DNA of 64,000 nucleotides from the human T2T-CHM13v2.0 reference genome, Homo sapiens. A program made the position numbers and the translations under genes. Under the pieces are notes generated by a model that saw only the letters and a program-made list of their open reading frames with translations, made no database searches and was not told the origin of the DNA. This document shows, in pieces, positions 28,298 through 42,435 of this stretch (positions within the stretch are counted from its first letter, which is position 1; the number at the start of each line of letters is the position of its first letter). The stretch covers positions 28,448,001 to 28,512,000 of the forward strand of contig CP086569.2 of NCBI GenBank assembly GCA_009914755.4, read 5' to 3'.

Positions 28298-31200
28298 GGC
28301 CTGGAATAAAATGGAATGCTACGGTCTCGAATGGAATAAAAATGTATGGAATGGAATGCAATGAAACGGAATCGAATGTCATAGAATGTAATGGAATGCA
28401 AAAAAATGGACTCCAAAATCATTGACTGGAAAGGCTGGGTTTCGAAAGGAATTGACTCCAATGGAATGGAATCGAATGGAATGGAAGTGAATAGAATCGA
28501 ACTAAATCGAATGGAATGGAATTGGTAGGAACGGAATGGAAAGGAATGAAATGATTTGGCATGGAATGGAATCGAATGGCATCGAATGGAATGGAATGGA
28601 ATGCAATGCAATGGAATGTATTAGAATGTAATGAACTTTAATGGAATGTACTCGAATGGATTCGACTGGAATGGAATGTTCTGGAAGTGAATGCACTCCA
28701 ATGGAATAGACTCAAAAGGAATGGAATCGTACGGAATGGAATCTAATGGAATGGAATTAAATGGAAATGAATCAAATTGAATAGCACGGAATTGAATTGA
28801 ATGGAATCGAATGCAATGGAATCTAATAAAACGGAAAGGAAAGGAAGGGAATGGAATGGAATGGGCTGGAATGGAAAGGAATCGAAACGAATGGAATGGA
28901 ATCGAACTGAAGAGACTGGAATGGAATGCACTGGAATGGAAGGGAGTGTAATGGAAGTTTCTCGACAAAAATGGAATCGAATGGAATGGAATTGAATGGA
29001 ACGGAATAGAGTCGAATGGAATTGAATGGAATGGAATGGACTAGAGTGAAATGGAATCGAACCACAAGGAATGGACAGGAATAGAATGGTCTCGAATTGA
29101 ATGGAATCGTATGGAATGGCATCAAACGGAATGGAATGGACAGCCACGGAATGGAATGCACTCGAATGCAATGGAGTCGAAACTAATGGACTGGAATAGA
29201 ATGGACTCGACTGGTACGGACTCCAATGGAATGGAATCGAATGGAAGGGAATCGAACGGAATGGACTCGAAGGGAAAAGACTGCAATGGAAAGGTCTCGA
29301 ATGGAATGGAAATTAATGGAATGGAATGGAATCGAATGAAATGGAGTCAAAAGGAATGGAATCGAATGGCAAGAAATCGAATGTAATGGAATCGCAAGGA
29401 ATTGATGTGAACGGAACGGAATGGAATGGAATCCAAAGGAATGGAATAGAATGGAATGGAATCGAATGGAAAGGACTCGAATGGAAATCACTCGAATAGA
29501 ATGCAATTTAATAAAATAGGATGAAATGTAATGGAATGGAATGGAAAGGAATCGAAACGAAAGGAATGGAGACAGATGGAATGGAATAGAACAGAGAGCA
29601 ATGGTATAGAATGGAATGGAATCATCTGAAATGGAATTGAATGGAATGGAATAATATGAAATGGAATGGAATGGAATGGAATGCCCTTGAATTAAATGGA
29701 CTGGAATGGAATGGACTCGAACAGAGTGGAATGGAAAGTGTTGAGATAGAATGGAATGGACTCGTTTGGAATGGTCTAGTATGCAATGCAATCGACTGGC
29801 AGGGAATCAAAAGGAATGTAATCGAATGGATTGGACTGGAATGCAATGGACTCGAATAGATTGGAAACGGAATGCAAAGGAATGGAATGGAATAGTATGG
29901 AATGGAATGGAAAGGAATGGAGTGGAATAGACTAGAGTGGAATGGAATGGACTCGAAAGCAATGGACTGGAAATGGAACTTTCTTGAATGGACTGGAATC
30001 AGAGAATCAAATGGAATTGAATCGAATGGAATCGAATGGATTGGAAAGGAATAGAATGGAATGGAATGGAATTGACTCAAATGGAATGGACTAGAATGGA
30101 ATGGATTCGAATGGAAGGCAAAGGAATGGAATCTATTGGAATGGACTGTAATGGAATGGAATGGAAGGGATTGGAATGAACTCGAATGGAATGGACTGCA
30201 ATAGAAAGGATTTGAATGGAATGAAAAAGAATTGAATGGAATAGAACAGAATGGAATCAAATCGAATGAAATGGAATGGAATAGAAAGGAATGGAATGAA
30301 ATGGAATGGAAAGGGTTCGAATGGAATGCAATCGAATGGAATGGAATCGAACGGAATGGAATAAAATGGAAGCAAACTGGCAAGAAATGGAATCGAAATG
30401 AATGGAGTGTTATGGAACGGACTCAAAAGGAATTGAACGTAATAGAATGGAGTGGAGTGGACTCGAATATAATGGACTGGAATGGAATGAAATCACATGG
30501 AATGGGAACGAATGGAATGGAATGGAAAGGAATCGAATGGAAGGGAATGAAATTGAATCAACAGGAATGGAAGGAATAGAATAGACGGTAATGGAATGGA
30601 CTCGAATAGAATGGACACGAATGCTCAAATTGAATGGACTCGAATGGAATGGAAACGAAAGGAATGTCATCGAATGGAATTGAATCGATTGGAATGAAAT
30701 GGCATAGAATGGAGTGGAATCAAATGGAATTGAATCGAAAGGAAAGGAAGCGAATGGACTGAAATGAAATGGAATGGAATTGAATGGAAAATAATGCAAT
30801 GGAATAGAATGGAACGAAATTTCACGGAATGGAATCAAACTGAATGGAATCAAATCAATGGAATATAATCAAATGGAATGGAAAGGAATTGAATGGAGTA
30901 GATGGGATTGGATGGGATTGGAGTGAAATGTACTGGAAAGGACTCGAATTTTATGAAACGGAATGGAAAGAATTGGAACGGAATGGACTCGAATGGAATG
31001 AAATGTCATGGAATGGCATCAAATGGAATGGCATCAAATGGAAAGGAATCGAATGCAATGGAATGCTATGGAATGGTTCGGAATGCATTGGAATGGAATG
31101 TCCTCTAATGGAAAGGATTCGAGTGGAATGGAATCGAATATAATGGAGTCGAATGAAATGGAATTGAAAGGAATGGGATCGAATACAATGGAATATACTG

Positions 31201-31769
31201 GAATGTAATGTAATGAACTCGAATGTAATTGACTGGAATGGAATGTACATGAATGGAATGTAATCGAATGGAAAGTAATCCAATGGAATAGATTCTAATG
31301 CAATAAAATCTACTCAGATAGAGTAGAATGTAATGGAATGGAGTGCAGTGCAGTGGAATGGAATGGAATGGAATGCAATGGAATGGAATGGAATGGAATG
31401 GAATGGAATGGAATGGGATGGAATGGTATGGAATGGATAGTAATGGACTGGAGTGAAATGGACTGGAAAGGAATGGACTCAAATTGAAAGGGCTCGAAAG
31501 GAATGGAGTCAAATGGAATGGTCTGGAATGGAATGAACACGAATGTAATGCAATCCAATAGAATGGAATCGAATGGCATGGAATATAAAGAAATGGAATC
31601 GAAAAGAATGGAAACAAACGGAATGGAATTGAATGGAATGGAATTGAATGGAATGGGAACGAATGGAATGAAATTGTATGCAGTAGAAGAGAATAGAATG
31701 GAATGCAAGCGAAAGGAAAGGAATGGATTGGAATGGAATGGAATTCATTGGAATGGAAGGGAATGTAGT
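28298..31769 (+). repeat. HOR unit U8 (3472 bp). Haplotype alpha, long variant, D variant block, subtype B deletion, and an extra 20-bp deletion between 'ggaaagg' direct repeats.
   Basis: Landmark at 28298. Subtype B junction at 29995-30014. Second junction at about 30525-30535. Confidence 0.85.
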
Positions 31770-34700
31770 GTAATGGACAGGCCTGGAATAAAGTGGAATG
31801 CTACGGTCTCGAATGGAATAAAAATGTATGGAATGGAATGCAATGAAACGGAATCGAATGTCATAGAATGTAATGGAATGCAAAAAAATGGAATCCAAAA
31901 TCATTGACTGGAAAGGCTGGGTGTCGAAAGGAATTGACTCCAATGGAATGGAATCGAATGGAATGGAAGTGAATATAATCCAACTAAATCGAATGGAATG
32001 GAATTGATAGGAACGGAATGGAAAGGAATGAAATGATTTGGCATGGAATGGAATCGAATGGCATCGAATGGAATGGAATGGAATGCAATGCAATGGAATG
32101 TATTAGAATGTAATGAACTTTAATGGAATGTACTCGAATGGATTCGACTGGAATGGAATGTTCTGGAAGTGAATGGACTCCAATGGAATGGATTGAAAAG
32201 GAATGGAATCGTACGGAATGGAATCTAATGGAATGGAATTAAATGGAAATGAATCAAATTGAATAGCACGGAATTGAATTGAATGGAATCGAATGCAATG
32301 GAATCTAATGAAACGGAAAGGAAAGGAATGGAATGGAATGGAATGGGCTGGAATGGAAAGGAATCGAAACGAATGGAATGGAATCGAACTGAGGAGACTG
32401 GAATGGAATGCACTGGAATGGAAGGGAGTGTAATGGAAGGTTCTCGAAAAAAATGGAAACGAATGGAATGGAATTGAATGGAACGGAATAGAGTCGAATG
32501 GAATTGAATGGAATGGAATGGACTAGAGTGAAATGGAATCGAACCACAAGGAATGGACAGGAATAGAATGGTCTCGAATTGAATGGAATAGTATGGAATG
32601 GCATCAAACGGAATGGAATGGACAGACACGGAATGGAATACGCTCGAATGCAATGGAGTCGAACCTAATGGACTGGAATAGAATGGACTCGACTGGTACG
32701 GACTCCAATGGAATGGAATCGAATGGAAGGGAATCGAACGGAATGGACTCGAAGGGAAAAGACTGCAATGGAAAGGTCTCGAATGGAATGGAAATTAATG
32801 GAATGGAATGGAATCGAATGAAATGGAGTCAAAAGGAATGGAATCGAATGGCAAGAAATCGAATGTAATGGAATCGCAAGGAATTGATGTGAACGGAACG
32901 GAATGGAATGGAATCCAAAGGAATGGAATAGAATGGAATGGAATCGAATGGAAAGGACTCGAATGGAAATCACTCGAATAGAATGCAATTTAATAAAATA
33001 GGATGAAATGTAATGGAATGGAATGGAAAGGAATCGAAACGAAAGGAATGGAGATAGATGGAATGGAATGGAACAGAGAGCAATGGTATAGAATGGAATG
33101 GAATCATCTGGAATGGAATTGAATGGAAGGGAATAATATGAAATGGAATGGAATGGAATGGAATGGAATGCCCTTGAATTAAATGGACTGGAATGGAATG
33201 TACTTAAACAGAGTGGAATGGAAAGTGTTGAGATAGAATGGAATGGACGCCTTTGGAATGGTCTAGTATGCAATGCAATCGACTGGCAGGGAATCAAAAG
33301 GAATGTAATCGAATGGATTGGACTGGAATGCAATGGACTCGAATAGATTGGAAACGGAATGCAAAGGAATGGAATGGAATAGTATGGAATGGAATGGAAA
33401 GGAATGGAGTGGAATAGACTAGAGTGGAATGGAGTGGACTCGAAAGCAATGGACTGGAATGGAACTTTCTTGAATGGACTGGAATCAAACGGAATGGAAT
33501 GCAATGCAATCAAATGGCATGGAATAAAATAGAATGAAAGAGAATCAAATGGAATTGAATCGAATGGAATCGAATGGATTGGAAAGGAATAGAATGGAAT
33601 GGAATGGAATTGACTCAAATGGAATGGACTAGAATGGAATGGATTCGAATGGAAGGCAAAGGAATGGAATCTATTGGAATGGACTGCAATGGAATGGAAT
33701 GGAAGGGATTGGAATGGACTCGAATGGAATGGACTGCCATAGAAAGGATTCGAATGGAATGAAAAAGAATTGAATGGAATAGAACAGAATGGAATCAAAT
33801 CGAATGAAATGGAATGGAATAGAAAGGAATGGAATGAAATGGAATGGAAAGGATTCGAATGGAATGCAATCGAATGGAATGGAATCAAACGGAATGGAAT
33901 AAAATGGAAGCAAACTGGCAAGAAATGGAATCGAAATGAATGGAGTGTTATGGAACGGACTCAAAAGGAATTGAATGTAATAGAATGGAGTGGAGTGGAC
34001 TCGAATATAATGGACTGGAATGGAATGAAATCACATGGAATGGGAACGAATGGAATGGAATGGAAAGGAATGGAATCGAATGGAAAGGAATCGAATGGAA
34101 GGGAATGAAATTGAATCAACAGGAATGGAAGGGAATAGAATAGACGGTAATGGAATGGACTCGAATAGAATGGACACGAATGCTCAAATTGAATGGACTC
34201 GAATGGAATGGAAACGAAAGGAATGTCATCGAATGGAATTGAATCGATTGGAATGAAATCGCATAGAATGGAGTGGAATCAAATGGAATTGAATCGAAAG
34301 GAAAGGAAGCGAATGGACTGAAATGAAATGGAATGGAATTGAATGGAAAGTAATGCAATGGAATAGAATGGAACGAAATTTCACGGAATGGAATCAAACT
34401 GAATGGAATCAAATCAATGGAATATAATCAAATGGAATGGAAAGGAATTGAATGGAGTAGATGGGATTGGATGGGATTGGAATGAAATGTACTGGAAAGG
34501 ACTCGAATTTCATGAAAAGGAATGGAATGAATTGGAACGGAATGGACTCGAATGGAATGGAATGTCATGGAATGGCATCAAATGGAATGGAATCGAATGC
34601 AATGGAATGCTATGGAATGGAATGGAATACATTGGAATGGAACGTCCTCTAATGGAATGGATTCGAGTGGAATTGAATCGAATATAATGCAGTCGAATGA

Positions 34701-35348
34701 AATGGAATTGAAAGGAATGGGATCGAATACAATGGAATATACTGGAATGTAATGTAATGAACTCGAATGTAATTGACTGGAATGGAATGTACATGAATGG
34801 AATGTAATCGAATGGAAAGTAATCCAATGGAATAGAATCTAGTGCAATAAAATCGACTCAGATAGAGTAGAATGTAATGGAATGGAGTGCAGTGCAATGG
34901 AATGGAATGGAATGGAATGCAATGGAATGGAATGGAATGGAATGAAATGGAATGGAATGGAATGGAATGGAATGGGATGGAATGGTATGGAATGGATAGT
35001 AATGGACTGGAGTGAAATGGACTAGAAAGCAATGGACTCAAATTGAAAGGGCTCGAAAGGAATGGAGTCAAATGGAATGGTCTGGAATGGAATGAACACG
35101 AATGTAATGCAATCCAATACAATGGAATCGAATGGCATGGAATATAAAGAAATGGAATCGAAGAGAATGGAAACAAACGGAATGGAATTGAATGGAATGG
35201 AATTGAATGGAATGGGAACGAATGGAGTGAAATTGTATGCAGTAGAAGAGAATAGATTGGAATGCAAGCGAAAGGAAAGGAATGGTTTGGAATGGAATGG
35301 AATTCATTGGAATGGAATGGAATTCATTGGAATGGAAGGGAATGTAGT
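31770..35348 (+). repeat. HOR unit U9 (3579 bp). Haplotype beta, long variant, 20-bp tandem duplication. Twin of U10.
   Basis: Landmark at 31770. Private variants 'gacagacacgg', 'aatacgctcg' and 'cgaacctaatgg' are shared only with U10. Confidence 0.85.
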
Positions 35349-38300
35349 GTAATGGACAGGCCTGGAATAAAGTGGAATGCTACGGTCTCGAATGGAATAA
35401 AAATGTATGGAATGGAATGCAATGAAACGGAATCGAATGTCATAGAATGTAATGGAATGCAAAAAAATGGAATCCAAAATCATTGACTGGAAAGGCTGGG
35501 TGTCGAAAGGAATTGACTCCAATGGAATGGAATCGAATGGAATGGAAGTGAATATAATCCAACTAAATCGAATGGAATGGAATTGATAGGAACGGAATGG
35601 AAAGGAATGAAATGATTTGGCATGGAATGGAATCGAATGGCATCGAATGGAATGGAATGGAATGCAATGCAATGGAATGTATTAGAATGTAATGAACTTT
35701 AATGGAATGTACTCGAATGGATTCGACTGGAATGGAATGTTCTGGAAGTGAATGGACTCCAATGGAATGGATTGAAAAGGAATGGAATCGTACGGAATGG
35801 AATCTAATGGAATGGAATTAAATGGAAATGAATCAAATTGAATAGCACGGAATTGAATTGAATGGAATCGAATGCAATGGAATCTAATGAAACGGAAAGG
35901 AAAGGAATGGAATGGAATGGAATGGGCTGGAATGGAAAGGAATCGAAACGAATGGAATGGAATCGAACTGAGGAGACTGGAATGGAATGCACTGGAATGG
36001 AAGGGAGTGTAATGGAAGGTTCTCGAAAAAAATGGAAACGAATGGAATGGAATTGAATGGAACGGAATAGAGTCGAATGGAATTGAATGGAATGGAATGG
36101 ACTAGAGTGAAATGGAATCGAACCACAAGGAATGGACAGGAATAGAATGGTCTCGAATTGAATGGAATAGTATGGAATGGCATCAAACGGAATGGAATGG
36201 ACAGACACGGAATGGAATACGCTCGAATGCAATGGAGTCGAACCTAATGGACTGGAATAGAATGGACTCGACTGGTACGGACTCCAATGGAATGGAATCG
36301 AATGGAAGGGAATCGAACGGAATGGACTCGAAGGGAAAAGACTGCAATGGAAAGGTCTCGAATGGAATGGAAATTAATGGAATGGAATGGAATCGAATGA
36401 AATGGAGTCAAAAGGAATGGAATCGAATGGCAAGAAATCGAATGTAATGGAATCACAAGGAATTGATGTGAACGGAACGGAATGGAATGGAATCCAAAGA
36501 AATGGAATAGAATGGAATGGAATCGAATGGAAAGGACTCGAATGGAAATCACTCGAATAGAATGCAATTTAATAAAATAGGATGAAATGTAATGTAATGG
36601 AATGGAAAGGAATCGAAACGAAAGGAATGGAGATAGATGGAATGGAATGGAACAGAGAGCAATGGTATAGAATGGAATGGAATCATCTGGAATGGAATTG
36701 AATGGAAGGGAATAATATGAAATGGAATGGAATGGAATGGAATGGAATGCCCTTGAATTAAATGGACTGGAATGGAATGTACTTAAACAGAGTGGAATGG
36801 AAAGTGTTGAGATAGAATGGAATGGACGCCTTTGGAATGGTCTAGTATGCAATGCAATCGACTGGCAGGGAATCAAAAGGAATGTAATCGAATGGATTGG
36901 ACTGGAATGCAATGGACTCGAATAGATTGGAAACGGAATGCAAAGGAATGGAATGGAATAGTATGGAATGGAATGGAAAGGAATGGAGTGGAATAGACTA
37001 GAGTGGAATGGAGTGGACTCGAAAGCAATGGACTGGAATGGAACTTTCTTGAATGGACTGGAATCAAACGGAATGGAATGCAATGCAATCAAATGGCATG
37101 GAATAAAATAGAATGAAAGAGAATCAAATGGAATTGAATCGAATGGAATCGAATGGATTGGAAAGGAATAGAATGGAATGGAATGGAATTGACTCAAATG
37201 GAATGGACTAGAATGGAATGGATTCGAATGGAAGGCAAAGGAATGGAATCTATTGGAATGGACTGCAATGGAATGGAATGGAAGGGATTGGAATGGACTC
37301 GAATGGAATGGACTGCCATAGAAAGGATTCGAATGGAATGAAAAAGAATTGAATGGAATAGAACAGAATGGAATCAAATCGAATGAAATGGAATGGAATA
37401 GAAAGGAATGGAATGAAATGGAATGGAAAGGATTCGAATGGAATGCAATCGAATGGAATGGAATCAAACGGAATGGAATAAAATGGAAGCAAACTGGCAA
37501 GAAATGGAATCGAAATGAATGGAGTGTTATGGAACGGACTCAAAAGGAATTGAATGTAATAGAATGGAGTGGAGTGGACTCGAATATAATGGACTGGAAT
37601 GGAATGAAATCACATGGAATGGGAACGAATGGAATGGAATGGAAAGGAATGGAATCGAATGGAAAGGAATCGAATGGAAGGGAATGAAATTGAATCAACA
37701 GGAATGGAAGGGAATAGAATAGACGGTAATGGAATGGACTCGAATAGAATGGACACGAATGCTCAAATTGAATGGACTCGAATGGAATGGAAACGAAAGG
37801 AATGTCATCGAATGGAATTGAATCGATTGGAATGAAATCGCATAGAATGGAGTGGAATCAAATGGAATTGAATCGAAAGGAAAGGAAGCGAATGGACTGA
37901 AATGAAATGGAATGGAATTGAATGGAAAGTAATGCAATGGAATAGAATGGAACGAAATTTCACGGAATGGAATCAAACTGAATGGAATCAAATCAATGGA
38001 ATATAATCAAATGGAATGGAAAGGAATTGAATGGAGTAGATGGGATTGGATGGGATTGGAATGAAATGTACTGGAAAGGACTCGAATTTCATGAAAAGGA
38101 ATGGAATGAATTGGAACGGAATGGACTCGAATGGAATGGAATGTCATGGAATGGCATCAAATGGAATGGAATCGAATGCAATGGAATGCTATGGAATGGA
38201 ATGGAATACATTGGAATGGAACGTCCTCTAATGGAATGGATTCGAGTGGAATTGAATCGAATATAATGCAGTCGAATGAAATGGAATTGAAAGGAATGGG

Positions 38301-38927
38301 ATCGAATACAATGGAATATACTGGAATGTAATGTAATGAACTCGAATGTAATTGACTGGAATGGAATGTACATGAATGGAATGTAATCGAATGGAAAGTA
38401 ATCCAATGGAATAGAATCTAGTGCAATAAAATCGACTCAGATAGAGTAGAATGTAATGGAATGGAGTGCAGTGCAATGGAATGGAATGGAATGGAATGCA
38501 ATGGAATGGAATGGAATGGAATGAAATGGAATGGAATGGAATGGAATGGAATGGGATGGAATGGTATGGAATGGATAGTAATGGACTGGAGTGAAATGGA
38601 CTAGAAAGCAATGGACTCAAATTGAAAGGGCTCGAAAGGAATGGAGTCAAATGGAATGGTCTGGAATGGAATGAACACGAATGTAATGCAATCCAATACA
38701 ATGGAATCGAATGGCATGGAATATAAAGAAATGGAATCGAAGAGAATGGAAACAAACGGAATGGAATTGAATGGAATGGAATTGAATGGAATGGGAACGA
38801 ATGGAGTGAAATTGTATGCAGTAGAAGAGAATAGATTGGAATGCAAGCGAAAGGAAAGGAATGGTTTGGAATGGAATGGAATTCATTGGAATGGAATGGA
38901 ATTCATTGGAATGGAAGGGAATGTAGT
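35349..38927 (+). repeat. HOR unit U10 (3579 bp). Near-identical twin of U9.
   Basis: Landmark at 35349. Same length and same private variants as U9. The ORF-track proteins differ by only a few residues. Confidence 0.85.
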
Positions 38928-41900
38928 GTAATGGACAGGCCTGGAATAAAGTGGAATGCTACGGTCTCGAATGGAATAAAAATGTATGGAATGGAATGCA
39001 ATGAAACGGAATCGAATGTCATAGAATGTAATGGAATGCAAAAAAATGGAATCCAAAATCATTGACTGGAAAGGCTGGGTTTCGAAAGGAATTGACTCCA
39101 ATGGAATGGAATCGAATGGAATGGAAGTGAATAGAATCGAACTAAATCGAATGGAATGGAATTGGTAGGAACGGAATGGAAATGAATGAAATGATTTGGC
39201 ATGGAATGGAATCGAATGGCATCGAATGGAATGGAATGGAATGCAATGCAATGGAATGTATTAGAATGTAATGAACTTTAATGGAATGTACTCGAATGGA
39301 TTCGACTGGAATGGAATGTTCTGGAAGTGAATGCACTCCAATGGAATAGATTCAAAAGGAATAGAATCGTACGGAATGGAATCTAATGGAATGGAATTAA
39401 ATGGAAATGAATCAAATTGAATAGCACGGAATTGAATTGAATGGAATCGAATGCAATGGAATCCAATAAAACGGAAAGGAAAGGAAGGGAATGGAATGGA
39501 ATGGGCTGGAATGGAAAGGAATCGAAACGAATGGAATGGAATCGAACTGAAGAGACTGGAATGGAATGCACTGGAATGGAAGGGAGTGTAATGGAAGTTT
39601 CTCGACAAAAATGGAATCGAATGGAATGGAATTGAATGGAACGGAATAGAGTCGAATGGAATTGAATGGAATGGAATGGACTAGAGTGAAATGGAATCGA
39701 ACCACAAGGAATGGACAGGAATAGAATGGTCTCGAATTGAATGGAATCGTATGGAATGGCATCAAACGGAATGGAATGGACAGCCACGGAATGGAATGCA
39801 CTCGAATGCAATGGAGTCGAAACTAATGGACTGGAATAGAATGGACTCGACTGGTACGGACTCCAATGGAATGGAATCGAATGGAAGGGAATCGAACGGA
39901 ATGGACTCGAAGGGAAAAGACTGCAATGGAAAGGTCTCGAATGGAATGGAAATTAATGGAATGGAATGGAATCGAATGAAATGGAGTCAAAAGGAATGGA
40001 ATCGAATGGCAAGAAATCGAATGTAATGGAATCGCAAGGAATGGATGTGAACGGAACGGAATGGAATGGAATCCAAAGGAATGGAATAGAATGGAATGGA
40101 ATCGAATGGAAAGGACTCGAATGGAAATCACTCGAATAGAATGCAATTTAATAAAATAGGATGAAATGTAATGGAATGGAATGGAAAGGAATCGAAACGA
40201 AAGGAATGGAGACAGATGGAATGGAATGGAACAGAGAGCAATGGTATAGAATGGAATGGAATCATCTGAAATGGAATTGAATGGAATGGAATAATATGAA
40301 ATGGAATGGAATGGAATGGAATGCCCTTGAATTAAATGGACTGGAATGGAATGGACTCGAACAGAGTGGAATGGAAAGTGTTGAGATAGAATGGAATGGA
40401 CTCGTTTGGAATGGTCTAGTATGCAATGCAATCGACTGGCAGGGAATCAAAAGGAATGTAATCGAATGGATTGGACTGGAATGCAATGGACTCGAATAGA
40501 TTGGAAACGGAATGCAAAGGAATGGAATGGAATAGTATGGAATGGAATGGAAAGGAATGGAGTGGAATAGACTAGAGTGGAATGGAATGGACTCGAAAGC
40601 AATGGACTGGAAATGGAACTTTCTTGAATGGACTGGAATCAGAGAATCAAATGGAATTGAATCGAATGGAATCGAATGGATTGGAAAGGAATAGAATGGA
40701 ATGGAATGGAATTGATTCAAATGGAATGGACTAGAATGGAATGGATTCGAATGGAAGGCAAAGGAATGGAATCTATTGGAATGGACTGCAATGGAATGGA
40801 ATGGAAGGGATTGGAATGGACTCGAATGGAATGGACTGCCATAGAAAGGATTCGAATGGAATGAAAAAGAATTGAATGGAATAGAACAGAATGGAATCAA
40901 ATCGAATGAAATGGAATGGAATAGAAAGGAATGGAATGAAATGGAATGGAAAGGATTCGAATGGAATGCAATCGAATGGAATGGAATCGAACGGAATGGA
41001 ATAAAATGGAAGAAAACTGGCAAGAAATGGAATCGAAATGAATGGAGTGTTATGGAACGGACTCCAAAGGAATTGAATGTAATAGAATGGAGTGGAGTGG
41101 ACTCGAATATAATGGACTGGAATGGAATGAAATCACATGGAATGGGAACGAATGGAATGGAATGGAAAGGAATGGAATCGAATGGAAAGGAATCGAATGG
41201 AAGGGAATGAAATTGAATCAACAGGAATGGAAGGGAATAGAATAGACGGTAATGGAATGGACTCGAATAGAATGGACACGAATGCTCAAATTGAATGGAC
41301 TCGAATGGAATGGAAACGAAAGGAATGTCATCGAATGGAATTGAATCGATTGGAATGAAATCGCATAGAATGGAGTGGAATCAAATGGAATTGAATCGAA
41401 AGGAAAGGAAGCGAATGGACTGAAATGAAATGGAATGGAATTGAATGGAAAGTAATGCAATGGAATAGAATGGAACGAAATTTCACGGAATGGAATCAAA
41501 CTGAATGGAATCAAATCAATGGAATATAATCAAATGGAATGGAAAGGAATTGAATGGAGTAGATGGGATTGGATGGGATTGGAATGAAATGTACTGGAAA
41601 GGACTCGAATTTCATGAAACGGAATGGAAAGAATTGGAACGGAATGGACTCGAATGGAATGGAATGTCATGGAATGGCATCAAATGGAATGGCATCAAAT
41701 GGAATGGAATCGAATGCAATGGAATGCTATGGAATGGAACGGAATGCATTGGAATGGAATGTCCTCTAACGGAAAGGATTCGAGTGGAATGGAATCGAAT
41801 ATAATGGAGTCGAATGAAATGGAATTGAAAGGAATGGGATCGAATACAATAGAATATACTGGAATGTAATGTAATGAACTCGAATGTAATTGACTGGAAT

Positions 41901-42435
41901 GGAATGTACATGAATGGAATGTAATCGAATGGAAAGTAATCCAATGGAATAGAATCTAATGCAATAAAATCTACTCAGATAGAGTAGAATGTAATGGAAT
42001 GGAGTGCAGTGCAGTGGAATGGAATGGAATGGAATGCAATGGAATGGAATGGAATGGAATGGAATGGAATGGGATGGAATGGGATGGAATGGTATGGAAT
42101 GGATAGTAATGGACTGGAGTGAAATGGACTGGAAAGGAATAGACTCAAATTGAAAGGGCTCGAAAGGAATGGAGTCAAATGGAATGGTCTGGAATGGAAT
42201 GAACACGAATGTAATGCAATCCAATAGAATGGAATCGAATGGCATGGAATATAAAGAAATGGAATCGAAGAGAATGGAAACAAACGGAATGGAATTGAAT
42301 GGAATGGAATTGAATGGAATGGGAACGAATGGAGTGAAATTGTATGCAGTAGAAGAGAATAGAATGGAATGCAAGCGAAAGGAAAGGAATGGATTGGAAT
42401 GGAATGGAATTCATTGGAATGGAAGGGAATGTAGT
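38928..42435 (+). repeat. HOR unit U11 (3508 bp). Haplotype alpha, long variant, D variant block, subtype B deletion.
   Basis: Landmark at 38928. D strings at about 39465-39500 and 39600-39615. Junction at 40635-40654. Confidence 0.85.
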
